Shown: piece after piece, positions 48,381 through 61,210 of the stretch
Layout of the letters: the number at the start of each line of letters is the position of its first letter
How positions within the stretch are numbered: the first letter of the stretch is position 1
NCBI GenBank assembly: GCA_963575745.1
Contig: CAUYUJ010000313.1
Span: 1 to 64,000 of the forward strand
DNA length: 64,000 nt
Reading direction: 5' to 3'
From: Prorocentrum cordatum
Lineage: Eukaryota
Notes under the pieces: generated by a model
What the model was told of the DNA's origin: nothing
Databases searched by the model: none
What the model saw: the letters and a program-made list of their open reading frames with translations, nothing else
Program-made: the position numbers and the translations under genes

Positions 48381-51271
48381 TGTTGACTGGCGCGGAGGGC
48401 ACCAGCAAGGAGGGAGAGGAGGGAGGAGGGCGAGGAGGAAGGAACGCGGGGCGCGGGGCGAGGCAAGAACGGAGAGGGGTACGAAAACAGCGTGGCGAGG
48501 AGAGAGGCGATGGAAGGCAATGGTCAGGTCGCGAAGGGGCAAGAGGGCGTCAAGCCGACATTCGCAGACGAGCGAGAAGCGGAGTGGGCGCGTCTACCCT
48601 TTCCCTGGAGAGCAGAAAATCGACCCTCATAAGCATCACCCCGGAAGCCGTTTAGCAAACGCCCCCAAAAAGGGAAAACAGGGCAGGGCTGATCAGTAAA
48701 GGGCCAGGGCCTTCTAGCAGATGTCGATTGTCGGGTCCAGGTGGTTTTTCCTCCCTCGGTTCCCACCGACCACCAGACCGAGACGTTCCACAGGCACCCC
48801 CGGAAGGTCGAGGAGGCCGGGAGGGGGGGGCGGAAGGCAGACGGGCGGCCTCGAAGTGCACCTCCAGCCCGCTCATGACGACCTGGACGTTCAGGGCCGC
48901 CAGGCCTGGGTAGTTCGCGTCCTCGGGGGGGGCGCTCGGCCGCGAGCGTCACGAGCGCCAGAAGAACAGAAGCGGCGCGATCCTGACTCCTGCTGGCCGC
49001 TCACACCCTTGGAGAGCCCGACGTCGTATTCGTGATGGCCGCTCGCAGGCCGCTGGCGAGCATGTGGGCGCTCCTGCGGTAGCCTGATTACTGGGCTGCT
49101 GGAATAGATCTATATATATATATATGTGAATTAATTCCAAAGCAGCGCTTGCATGTACGGCTTGTTACCTGTGTTCTACGAAACTAGCCTGTGCTGTACT
49201 GTCGCAGCACTTGCCTGTCGCAGTCGGCCGTTCGCGCTGATACCTTCTAGCTGGTGCCCCGTGGCGCCCTACGGTGCCCTGTGGGTCGTGGTCGGCCGTT
49301 CGCGCCTGGTGCCCTGTGGTTGGTGTCCTGTGGTGACCTGTGGGTCGTGGTCGGCCGCTCGCACCTGGTGCCCCAGGGTTGGTGCCCGAGGGTTGGAATA
49401 CCCAGTTGGCGCCCTGTTGGAGCCCCCGTGGCTGGCGCCGTACGGTGCGAACACCTGCACGCCTCAACCGCAGGCGGCTGTCACCCAAGTGATACCAAAG
49501 CCCGCGAGCACTGCAGGGAGAGAAGAGGTGGAGGAGATGTATGACGGGGAGCAACAACTCGGTTCCTGTGAAGGCGTGCGTGTGCGCGCCCGTCGGGGCC
49601 AAGGCTGAAGTTCTCCAAGGAGACCCCAGAGGGCCACAATGGCTCAAAACGCACACAGTCTCGATCCTAGATTGCCTCCCTGATTTCCTCCATCATCCCC
49701 CCAAGCCCCCTCCTCCTCCTCCTCCTCCTCCTCCTCCTCCTCCTCCTCCTCTTCCTCCTCCTCTTTCTCCTCCTCCTCCTGCTCCTCCTCGTCCACCTAT
49801 CCTCCTACATTCCGAACCTCCTATCCGCCTACCCTCTTATCCTCCAATCCTGCTATCCCGTAGACCTGCTATCCTGCTATCCGCCTGTCCTCCTATCCTC
49901 CCATCCTCATGTCATCATATCATCACATACTCACATCCTTCGTTCCTCAGATCCCCGCATCAACATATCATCAAAAAGTGGTCGCCGCATATCCACACAT
50001 CGTCCTATCCTCCCTCACAACTTCGTATCATCATAACCAACTAGCAGCATTGCGACATGACCACATAGCCTCAGATCATCATATCATCATATTTCCATAT
50101 GCCCATACCATATCGTCATATCGTCACATCCTCGCTTCATCATATCAGCATACCGTTACGTCATCATGTCATCATCTCCTCATATCATCAGATCAGCACC
50201 TCATCATATCCAGTAATCCCTAACACCATGTCTGGATGCCATCGATCCCCATACCCTCATGCCATCATCCCCCAGGCCCTGATACCCTCAAATCCTCATA
50301 CCTCTGATCCCCATATCATTCAACCCGCACGTCCTCATACCTCACATCAGCACTACCCCATGCCATCATACCCTCGTACCCGCACATGTTCCTACCCTCA
50401 TAACCTCATACACCCATATCCTCATCTCCTCATATCCTCAAATCCTCGAGCCACCGTATCACCCTATCATAACATCATCATATCATCAGATCCCTTCTCC
50501 TTCTCATTCTCCTCCTCCTCATCATCCTCCCCCTCCTCCTCCACCTCCCCCTTCTCCTCCTCCTCCTCCGCCTCCTCCGCCTCCTCCGCCACCTCCTCCT
50601 CCTCCGCCACCTCCGCCTCCTCCGCCGCCGCCTCCTCCTCCGCCTCCGCTTCCGCGGTGCGTGCCTCGCAACTGCGGAGACCAGACCTGCAGCATCCTGC
50701 AACATCCTCATCATCCTCCTCCTCATCCTCGTCCTTCTCCTCCTCCACGGCGTCCTCCTCCTCGGCGTCCTCTTCCTACTCCTCGTCCTCCTCCTCCGCC
50801 CCCGCCTCCTCTTCCTACTCCGTTTGCTCCTCCTCGTCCTCTGGCGCCTCTTCCTCCTCCTCCTCCTCCTCCTCCTCCTCCTCCTCCTCCTCCTCATCAT
50901 CATCATCATCCGCCTCCTCCGTATTCTGAGCATTCGCACTCTTGGTATCATTAGCAGCATTCACCTTCGTATTCCTACAAGATGTGTAGGTATCTATGTA
51001 TTAAGATGATGAACGAGTTGTTGCTATTCGTGCCAGTGTTGCCATTATCGTGGTTATCCGTATTATTATCAATGTTAGTAGCATTATCAGCGGTATCAAA
51101 AATATGGCCAATGGTATTCGTAGTAGTAGCCGAATTCATAATATCAGGACTACGATTGTTATTCGTGCTAATATTATTTATAGATGTGGGGTCATTAGTA
51201 ATAGCACGACGATTAATCATGTTAAAAGTATTACCCGAATGTTAAAGAAGTGAAATACCACGTGCAGTCCA

Positions 51272-51289
51272 AACTACGACTACGACTGG

Positions 51290-51355
<66 letters not shown>

Positions 51356-51404
51356 CTACTACTACTACTACTACTACTACTACTGCTACTACTACTGCTA
51401 CTAC

Positions 51405-51482
<78 letters not shown>

Positions 51483-51483
51483 G

Positions 51484-51554
<71 letters not shown>

Positions 51555-51582
51555 GACTACTACTACTACTACTACGACTACG

Positions 51583-51655
<73 letters not shown>

Positions 51656-51765
51656 GACTACGACTACTACTGCTACTGCTACTGCTGCTACTACTACTAC
51701 TACGCCTACTACTACGACTACTACTACTACTACTACTACGATTACTACTACTACTACTACTACTG

Positions 51766-51817
<52 letters not shown>

Positions 51818-51830
51818 GATTACGACTACG

Positions 51831-51870
<40 letters not shown>

Positions 51871-51935
51871 TACCACTACTACGATTCCGAATACTATTAT
51901 CACTACCATTCTTATTACTACTACTACTACTACTA
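51272..51935. repeat. (ACT)n microsatellite ending at a 100-N gap (51936-52035)
   Basis: Direct inspection. Confidence 0.97.
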
Positions 51936-52035
51936 NNNNNNNNNNNNNNNNNNNNNNNNNNNNNNNNNNNNNNNNNNNNNNNNNNNNNNNNNNNNNNNNN
52001 NNNNNNNNNNNNNNNNNNNNNNNNNNNNNNNNNNN

Positions 52036-52895
52036 CCAAGAGGCCTCCAAGAGCACTCCCAAGAGGGCCCCCGGAGGCAAAATTCATTGTTTTTCCTTAG
52101 GTTTTTGAAAGATTTTGGAGCTTCCACCTTTTCGGTTCCCGACGCCCCAAGACGGCCCCAGAGGCCCCCAAGATCGCCCCAAGAGTGCCCAAGAGGCCCC
52201 CAAGAGGGCCCCAAGATGGCCCAAGAGGGCTCGAAGACGGCCCAAGAAGCCTCCAAGACGGTCCAAAAGGGCCCCAAGAACGCCCCTAAAGGGGCCCCAG
52301 AGAGGGAACACGAAACAACATTTCGAGCCCTCGGCCCTAAGAAGCCCCCACGAGGCCCTAAGAGGCCCCTAAGAGGCCCCAAGAGGCCCTCACGAGGCCC
52401 TCAGGAGGCCCCCAAGAGTCCCCCAAGCGGCCCCAGGAAGCCCCCCAAATGCCCCCCCGAGCACGCAAGCAAGTGCAAGCGATGCTACAATGTGCTCTCC
52501 TTTCGGTAGACTCCCAACGGGGCCCCTACAGACTTGCAACAAGCGTCAAGAACCTGCCCAAAAAGCACTGTCCAGAAGCGTTCACAAGTGCCGCGAACAT
52601 CGCCCCGAGACAGCCCAACAATCCGCTAAAATCGGCCCAAGACGGCCCAAGATAACCCCAAGACGGCACAAGAGAGCACCAAGACCGCCCAAGAAGGGGG
52701 ATTCTGCCCCTAGGAGCACCTCAGAAGCCACCAACATCCCGCCAATAAGTCCCCCAAGACGCCCCAAGAACCACCCAAGAAGCCCAACAAGAAGCCCCAA
52801 CGACCCCCAAACGGCCCTACGGGGCCTCAAGAGGCTTCAACACTGCCTCCAGGAGGTTCCCGAGACGCCTGGCAAAAGAACCCCCAAAGCGCCGC
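52036..52895 (+). repeat. CCCAAGA/GGCCCCAAGAG-rich dispersed repeat, similar to the Helitron interior and to 58455-59000
   Basis: Dense CCCAAGA units; the reverse complement (TCTTGGG) fills 10340-11400. Confidence 0.7.
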
Positions 52896-52896
52896 A

Positions 52897-53304
52897 TTGA
52901 CACCAGGCCCTCGGGCAAACGGCAGACATGAGACTGTATGGGCCGGCGGAATGAGCGAAGCGATTAAATTAATAATGGTTATATGTTTACCAGTATGGGT
53001 AGTAGTGGCAATCATAGTATCCTTCGTATTAGTAGTAGTGTTACTATTCGTAGTACTTGTAGTCTTAGTATTAGTAATAGCAATAGTAGTACGACTATTA
53101 TTGACACCAGGCCCTCGGGCAAACGGCAGACATGAGACTGTATGGGCCGGCGGAATGAGCGAAGCGATTAAATTAATAATGGTTATATGTTTACCAGTAT
53201 GGGTAGTAGTGGCAATCATAGTATCCTTCGTATTAGTAGTAGTGTTACTATTCGTAGTACTTGTAGTCTTAGTATTAGTAATAGCAATAGTAGTACGACT
53301 ATTA
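52897..53304. repeat. Exact 204-bp tandem duplication
   Basis: 52897-53100 equals 53101-53304; the ORF track shows the same 68-aa string twice. Confidence 0.93.
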
Positions 53305-55499
53305 CTACTTCATGTAGCAGTAAAGATGTTAGTAACAGTCTTAGTATTAGTCGTAGTGCTATAGTTAGTGATACTAGTCGTAGTCGAATTGGTATTGTTA
53401 GTGTTACTAGTTTTAGTGAAACGATCTGCTCCTATTATCCTTAGTGGCATTAGCATTAGTACTAGTATTATGACTCGTTTCAGGAATAGTATGAGGAGCA
53501 TTATTACTAGTGTTAGTATTTCTAGTAGTTATATTATGTGTTAACATGATGATGAATATTATTACTCGTAATGTCATGTTTGCTGATATTACTCATCCTG
53601 TTATGATCATATGATCCTTAGTATGATGCATGCTACGTCTAGTACTACTAGTAGTATCACTAACACGATTACCCGTTGTTATTATTATCAGTAGTATTAT
53701 CATTAGTAATGTTATTAGGATAATCCATATGAAAATGACTCGTATGTTTATTAATGTTCGTATCATTGGTAGTTTTATTACGTGTTATGATGGTGATCAT
53801 GAGTAATATGATTCTAGCATTGCTGATAATATTCCTCCAATTATACTTATACGAAAACTAGTATTACACATTGAATGTCATTAGTAATAGTATTATTGTT
53901 GTGATTATGATCCCTCCTTCTCCGCCGCATCCTCCTCCTCCTCCCCCTCCCCCTCCTCTTCCTCCTACTCTTCCTCCTCCTCCTCCTCGTCCTCCACTTC
54001 CCCCTCCTCCTCCTGGTGATCCTCCTCCTCCTCCTCCTTCTCCTCCTCCTCCTCTTCCTCCGCCTCCTCTTCCTCCCCTTTGGGGTCCGTGTAAACGTCG
54101 TCGACGGTCACGCCATGGATGGGCGTGCCGGCGTGCGTCGCGACGATAGACTGCGGCGCGTGCCGAAAGGGAGGGGGACTCAGTTGCGGCCTGAGGCCCT
54201 TCCCCCCCCCCCTTACCCAGGAAGGGGACGTGTCAGGAGGCAGCAGGAGGGGAAGAGGGATCGGCAACGGGGAGGCGAAAGGGGAAGAGGATACAGGATC
54301 AGGAGACGGGCTTCGGAGTTCAAAGAGAGAGGGGGGGGATTGTTTTTTGTGGCGGCCAATTCAACAGGAAACTCCCCGGGGAGGGAGGATCAAGAAAATC
54401 GCTGTTGCTAGGTTCTTGTTGCTCGCCTGTCGTCCGCTTGCTCCTCGCCTTCGGTCGTTCGTTCGTTGGGCAGCCCGCCCTTGCTGCAGCCTGGCCCCGA
54501 GCCCAAGCCCAAACCGCACCCCGAGCTGTAGCCTGAGATGCCATCCGAGCCGCAGCCCGAACCCGAACCTCAGCAGCCCAACCCGCTTGTTTTTCCTGCT
54601 CGCTTGCCCTGCGGCTCTCGCATTCGCCTCGCTGTCGCGGCGTTCGGGCGGCGATCGGGTTTCGGCACGCTCGCAGAGCGCGAAAAGCAGAACGCAGGAG
54701 GATGAGGAAGAGAAGAAGGAAGAGGAGGGGGAAGGAAATGAAAATGGTAATGGAAATGGGAATGGGCATGGAAATGGTGAGTTCGCGAAGCGACAAACAT
54801 GTGGGATGCGGCCTCTGGCTCGTTACTTCGATAACGAGAACCCATTCGGCCAGGCCCATCACCCAATCATGTGTAAATGGTCTGCGCGTGTCCTGATACG
54901 TTTATTTGTGCAGGGCTCGGGAGGCGTAAACGCCACACGACCCACAAAACCAGAGCCCAAGATCACCGCGAAATCTGAAATCGCGCGTGGAATGCAGCCA
55001 ACCCCTCGTACAGTGGACCTTGAAACCACCCGGGGGGGCCATTAAAACGTCCATCGACACAAACGGAAAGCAAGATGACTTCAGCCACTCTGTCGCTTTT
55101 GCTTGGAAGCGGCCCCTCTGCAAACAGAACGCGAGCGGCCATCCTCACGCAATGTGTGAGAGGCACAAAAACGAGCAATTGTGGCAGGGGCGGACAGGAA
55201 GAAACAGGCGAATGCTTTTTCCCATCGCATCCCTGGGCCGAGGGTCAACAATCATACAATCCGTGGTCGCTCGGATGAGACGCCCCCCCCCCGAACAACC
55301 CGCGCACGCTGATCGCGAAGCAGCACTATCATTCTGTCCGCCTCATCCACCTAAGCTGCGCGCGCAGCAGATCCTGCCAATACGTCTGCACGTTCGCTGC
55401 CCTCGAGCATCCAGGGCGCACGTCCGTTTCCAAGGCCTTCGCCTCGAGACGCGCGGTGAATTCAATTCATGGACAAGACATCGACTCCTGGACCCCGTT

Positions 55500-58200
55500 G
55501 GCAATGCATCATACTCCCCACCGAAGCCCACAAGTCGACTCCAGATGCTGCATCTCGAGACCCCCGACACACCTGCGAGCCGAAACTGGTCTGGCATGCC
55601 CCGTTGCCCGCCTGGTGAGCGAGCGAATCCCGCGCTCCTCCCGCAACGAGTTCGGCAACTGCAAGCACTCCGCGCTTCTGCCGCCGCTTCCAAGCGCCGC
55701 TGGATCGCGCGGCGAGATTAGCGCAACGCCCACGCCATCTCCAGGAAACCTCGGACTCCGCGCGCCGGGCCCCCCCCCCGACGCGCCCCCGCACGCAAGG
55801 AGTGGCTCCTCGCAAGTGCCTGTGGCCAGAATGGTGAAGCCATCGTCGATGTCATCGCTGTCCCAATTCGGGCCAGGAGTCCACGACTGAGACACTGCGG
55901 GGGGCAGGAACCGCGAGACAAGATGACGGCAAGAGACCTCTGCGCCAGAAACACGCAAACTGTCCACGCTGCGCCGCGGCCTCCGGAAAATACCTGTCAG
56001 AGTCTGCATAAACCTCACTGTCCTTATCATGAGGACACGCCGAACATCTGGAATGGCGTCTCACGGTGACGCCCCCCATCTGCCAAACTCTTGAAACGCC
56101 ACTGCTGATCGACATCAACTCCTCCGAATCTCGACCTCTGCCAAATCTAATCAAAGGGCGATTGCCGGAAGTGCCGCAGCCCGTGGCCCACACTTGGGCG
56201 CCGCACGTAACCGACGCAGCATGGCCCAAGGAAGCACAGTCACCCCCAACCCCCCAGCCACACCAACCCCCCAGCCACCCCCACCCCCACTCCGCACCCA
56301 CCCACCCCATCCACCCACCCACCCACCCACCCCACCACACCCCAGCAATACCCGCGCCTGCATGGTGAATTGACGCATCATGACATTAAAACTCACGCAC
56401 TGGACCGGCGAAATCTGACATGATGCCTGTCGGGCCCTCGTCGCCTGTCATGAGCTCGCCCGAGAATTTCCACTCGATGATATCGGACTATGGCTCCTCT
56501 GGCGAGCCACGCTGCCGATGCGATGGACAGCGCAACTGCCAACCACGCCGCAACAGAAGAATGATCACCGCACAGAGAGGTCCCAGCACGCTTCGCGGCC
56601 GACCAGCCCGTTGCCTCTGGCTGAACTCGGCGACTACATGATCCCATAATCGTGCGGCGGCTGGCCTGATGCCACTCGCCGCCGCCCAGATACGCAGCCA
56701 CTCAGCAAGGCAATCTCTGCCCGACCTGACTGCTGGATCCTGCTGCGGAGCACGCACGTCCAAGGCAGCAGTCAAACACGCCCCCCCCCCTGCTGGATCC
56801 ACAAACTGAACCAAGATGCCTGCGAAGCCGAAAGAGCGCGGCGCCAGGTGCACTGTGCACTTGGTGCCCGTACCTGGCCAATGTCTGACCTGCTCAACTC
56901 TCCAGAAGGGGGGGTCGCTTGATATTGTCGCGAAGCCTTGCCTCATGTCGATGTACGTGCTGTTCTTGACCCTGGTTCGATGATTCCCCCCGGCTCTCGC
57001 GGCTCTTGCTGCTCTCTAACCTGCCTCCATGCCGATTCCAAGAAAGGCAGTTCCAGGGGCAGATCGAAGGTACAGTCTCCGCCTCCGTAGTGCAGCGACA
57101 ACATATTTAGTTTGCATGCGATTGGTGGCCAGAAGAACGTTCGCAGATTCTCCGCAGCCAAGGTTGAAAATGCCTGCGACCGCTTTGATCACGACCCGAC
57201 TGACAAGCTTATCCGACCCCACTGATGATACACTCAGGTCATCAATCCGGATCTTCAAGTGTAGCTGCAAATTGACTGTCGCTAACCCCTGGAGCACCAC
57301 ATGCGTAGCACATGTCTCAAAGCGCGTGCCGCTCCAAAGCCCCATTGGCGATCGAACGACCTGGCTCGAACGCGCAGGACGTGGAGCCCATCTACGACAA
57401 CACACGCGGGGCTGCGCATAGCTGCAACTCGAGTCTAATTATGAGTGCGGAGTATACTAGACTGGCCCATTCCACTACATCGTAGCAGGACTGAATGTCC
57501 ATCGGCGCGTTTAGGATACTCCGAACACACTGTAGACTTTCTCGTACAACGTCTTGAAAGGCTTCTATCAGCGCCGAGTTACCTGCCAGAGCCGCGTCCC
57601 AACTCTCACTGGATTGTTGCGTCCACGGCTTCATCACGGACTCACGAGTCTTGGACCAAATCACGGACGTCATGCAAATCAATCCTATCACTCGATCCCC
57701 CGACGCTTGTAGGAGTGCAAGACGCCCTTCCACAACCAAAATCTGTCACGGCCAAATCATGGATTCCTCAATTTGAGGAAACGTCTCAACAAACTCCTCT
57801 CGCCCTGCCATTGGCAACCGTTGGACATCCAGCGGCGTGACCCGTATCTGCTTGAGTGATGACACGGTAATTGATGCGTCGACGCCATGAGAGATCGTCT
57901 CGCCGCTCTTGAGGGTGACTTCCTCCGCCGTCACCGGCACGTCCCTTGGGGATCGAAGAAGAATACCGGTTGCCTCCGCAGCATTGACCCACCTAGGGAA
58001 CTCGATCAAGCTGCCCGTGACTGCTCTACTCTGCGCCTTTCGTGCGAGTCCGAAGGCGCCCCCCTCGAGGTGCTCCATGACGGGGATGGTGGCCTTGATG
58101 ATACTCTGCAAAGACCAAAACCAGATCTCCCACCACGGATCGGCTGCACAAAGAAGACTGCGGATCTGCTGCTTCGCACCGTTGGCATTGCGCTTGTGCA
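55500..58200 (-). pseudogene. Decayed ORF2 of a related non-LTR retrotransposon (RT and post-RT region)
   Basis: Minus-strand fragments SGDRVIGL...VIWSK...WDAALAGNSAL...DIQSCYD...IIRLELQLCAAPR, LKIRIDD, and CLTAAL...DPA...LAEWLRIW...WD...GPLCAVIILLLRRGW align in order with elements 1 and 2; many frameshifts; boundaries approximate. Confidence 0.8.
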
Positions 58201-58454
58201 CTAGTAATTGCTAAACCACTGTGTGCACCTGCGCCCACCAACTTGCAACTCGATCACACACTCAAAGTTGACAAAACTTGATCGGACGATGCAGCTCACG
58301 TACCTGAAGCGAAGGGACCACGAGCTTGACCGTCAGACGCCTGTCTAAGTCCCACCAGCCCTCTGGGCGTAGGTGGTCTAGAGACGCTCCTCTGCCAACC
58401 CGCTTTTTTCCCCTTCGGAGAAGGGTTTACCCCTCCTCCTGCGTCCTCGCTGAA

Positions 58455-59000
58455 GCATCCAAGATGGCCCAAAATGGCTCCAAGAGGGCCCCTGAGAGTC
58501 CGAGATGAGCTCCAGGATAGCTCATGATAGCGCACGATGCCTCAAGATGGTTCCCAAGAGGCCCCAAGAAGCCCCAATAACGTTCTAAGACGGTTCCAAT
58601 AGGCCTCCGAGACCTCCAAGGAGGCCCCCGAGAAGCCAACATCCTGCGTAAACCTACGGAAAATAAACAATGGTTCCCTTCTCTCCGTTTCGCTTCCGAT
58701 GGCCATCCGAGTCCTCAAGATGGTCTGGAGAGGCCCAAGAGAGCCCCACGACGGCCGCAAGAGCGCCCAAAAGCGTCCCAAAAAGAGTCCAGGAGGCGAT
58801 TGTCGGTGCTCCCGAGGGGGGAGGCTAATTGAAGCTCCCCTCTTGTTTGATCGATGTCCTCCAAGATGGCCCCAAGATCACCCCTGGAGCTCCCAAGAGC
58901 GCCCCAAGAGGCGCCCCAAGAGGCGCCCAGACGGCCCCAAGGGGCCTCCAAGAGGCTCCCAATGGACCCCACACGAGGCTTCAAGAAGATCCCCGAGGTA
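58455..59000 (+). repeat. CCCAAGA-rich dispersed repeat followed by a CCT/GAC tract
   Basis: Same unit vocabulary as 52036-52895. Confidence 0.65.
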
Positions 59001-59569
59001 CCCTATTATGCCTCCTTCGCCTTCTTCTCCTCCTTCTCGTCCGCCTCGTCCTCGCCCTGCTCCTCCTCCTCTTCCGCCTTCTCCTCCTCCTCCTCTTCTT
59101 CCTCCTCCTCCTCCGACGACGACGACGACGATTCCTTCTCCATCCTCCCCTCTTGGGGTATATGACGGCTTCCCCCGCCCACTTTTCTTCTGCATGCTCC
59201 CCCACGTCGCTAATCACCTCGATTCCCCTGGGCATCGTTTCTGGATGGGCTGGTGGGGTTGGTTTCCATCGCAGCCGCAGGCGAAGGCGCACAGCGGCGT
59301 CACAAGTCAGCTCGGGCTACGAGCAAACCTAATTAACCTAGCGCGCGCACTGGCGGCTGCAGAACTACCGCCGAGGGACGCTGAGCTGCGCCGAGGGCTG
59401 AGGCTGCAGGAGCTGCCAGGAGAGCCAGGCAAGCGTGCGGGCATCCCAGAGGCGAGACCAGCAGGAAGGATGAATTGTCCTGCTCCGATGTGTGACGATG
59501 CTCCAGAATCGTGCGCTCCACTGTGGAGATCCAAGATGCGTGCGCCAACCTCGCAAACCTGCGGAATAC

Positions 59570-59591
59570 CTTCAGCCAAAACGGCTACCGA
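59570..59591 (-). other. Degenerate DinoSL (19/22)
   Basis: Minus strand TCGGTAGCCGTTTTGGCTGAAG versus TCCGTAGCCATTTTGGCTCAAG. Confidence 0.75.
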
Positions 59592-59854
59592 GTCAGCGAC
59601 AAAACGCCACGCGGGCTCGTAAGACTGAGGGCCAATATCGACCATCTCACGATCAGCCTGCCGCGAAGACTCGGGAATATGAGAATCTGTGCTCGCCAGA
59701 CAAGACCTGGGTCCCAGGGGAGTCCTCGAAATCTTGTGCGGTTGGGTGTGTGGGCGATGTCTCTCCATACTTTGACCTCGAGACTATGTGAGACCGGGAA
59801 GAGGTCGGCCTGGATGAGTGAGACACAAAGGGAGAAGAGGAAGGAAAAGAGTTG

Positions 59855-59982
59855 AGTCAGGCATGTCCTCCTACAGGCTGATCTTGTAAGAAAAAAGAAG
59901 AACAGAAGAGCACGAGAAATCGTCACCTGGCTATTTTTTACTATTCTTGAATACTCCTCCCGTAGAGGGGCATGCCCGACTT
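59855..59982. mobile_element. Small MITE-like element, copy 2
   Basis: AGTCAGGCATGTCCTCCTACAGG ... CCCGTAGAGGGGCATGCCCGACT imperfect inverted ends; homologous to 6821-6937. Confidence 0.5.
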
Positions 59983-60734
59983 GAGAGAAGAGGTCAAGGT
60001 GGGGCCCCTCGTGGGTTCAGCAGGAGCCTCCCCGGGCCCATGCCCAGAGTCGGACTCATGCGCCCACGGGTCCTCGTCTTCCCCAAGGGCGACCCGGAAA
60101 AGATCACTAAGGATGTCCTCGTCCTGAAAAGGATGTCCGAAATATGATTCGAGGATTTCCTAAGGTGAGTTGGCCTCGGATGAGGATGAGTTGGCCTCGG
60201 ATGAGGACGATTCCTCGTCCTCCTCCGAGGCCAACTCACACTGAGCAGCAGCATCGTCGGCAGTTAAGTTGCCGTTTCGGCGTGCTCCTCCCCAGAAGGA
60301 GACTCCTGCACTCGCGAATGTCTCTCGTGAACACGCTGCCTACGCTCATGTTCCTCCTCACGAGCCCGTGATGCCTTCGAGCCAAGGGGTGCTCGCCGCT
60401 TTGGAACAGGACACCTGTGGTAATCGCGCTGGGAGGCCCAGAGCACGCACAAGTAACTGAGACCCAGATCCCCGAATTCAGACCTGCAATTCGACGTGAA
60501 TTTTCCAGGGCACCTGAACGACAGGTTTTACATTGAGAATGTGAGCTAAACAGCTGTTACTCGCAACTACAAAGTCAATGAGAAAGCATGTCTTGCTGGC
60601 AGTGCAAGTGGTCGTGAGCCCTCCCGTGACGATCCGACCCCGATGGAGATGATGAAATCGCTACGAGCAAGGGTGGCAGATGGGAAACTGAAGTCCCCGA
60701 CGATTGGACACGAAAGCTGGAGGGCCCTGAGAGG

Positions 60735-60845
60735 CAGAGGGAGGAGGAGGAGGAGCAGGACGAGGAGAAAGAGGAGAAACAAGAGGGGGAGGAGGAGGAG
60801 GAGGAGGAGGAGGAGGAGGAGGAGGAGGAGGAGGAGGAGGAGGAG
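60735..60845. repeat. (GAG)n microsatellite
   Basis: Direct inspection. Confidence 0.95.
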
Positions 60846-60914
60846 CGGCGGCGACGACGGTCGTGAGGAGGAACGATTTGGGGGACAGCTCAGGGGTCGA
60901 AACATCGACCTGGG

Positions 60915-61210
60915 ATTGGCGATACCTTGCCGACGGATCGGCGATAGGCCCCCGATCGCGGCACCGCACGCCTGGGCGGGAACGGGGCACCCAGGCCCCG
61001 ATCGGCGACAAATCGGCGATGGAAGGTCGATGGTCACCACCCGCCCTCATCAAGGCAACTCCCTGGGGGCATCGCCGCCGGATGGGCCGGTGGGCGTGCG
61101 CGAAGAGTCCAAAGTGGTCAAATTGGTGGTACCTTGCCGACGGATCGGCGACAGGACCCCCAAAGCGACACCCCCAGGCCCCGATCGGCGACGAATGGGC
61201 GATGGGGGAC
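60915..61210. repeat. Diverged ~210-bp duplication with GATCGGCGA subrepeats
   Basis: TACCTTGCCGACGGATCGGCGA and CCAGGCCCCGATCGGCGAC each occur twice. Confidence 0.7.

Noticed and set aside
52897..53364. Apparent membrane protein with repeated hydrophobic helices
   Set aside because: Degenerate (GTA/TTA)n tract plus the 204-bp duplication.
58469..58479. 11-nt SL core (AGCCATTTTGG on the minus strand)
   Set aside because: Embedded in CCAAGATGGC-type repeat units; explained by local composition.
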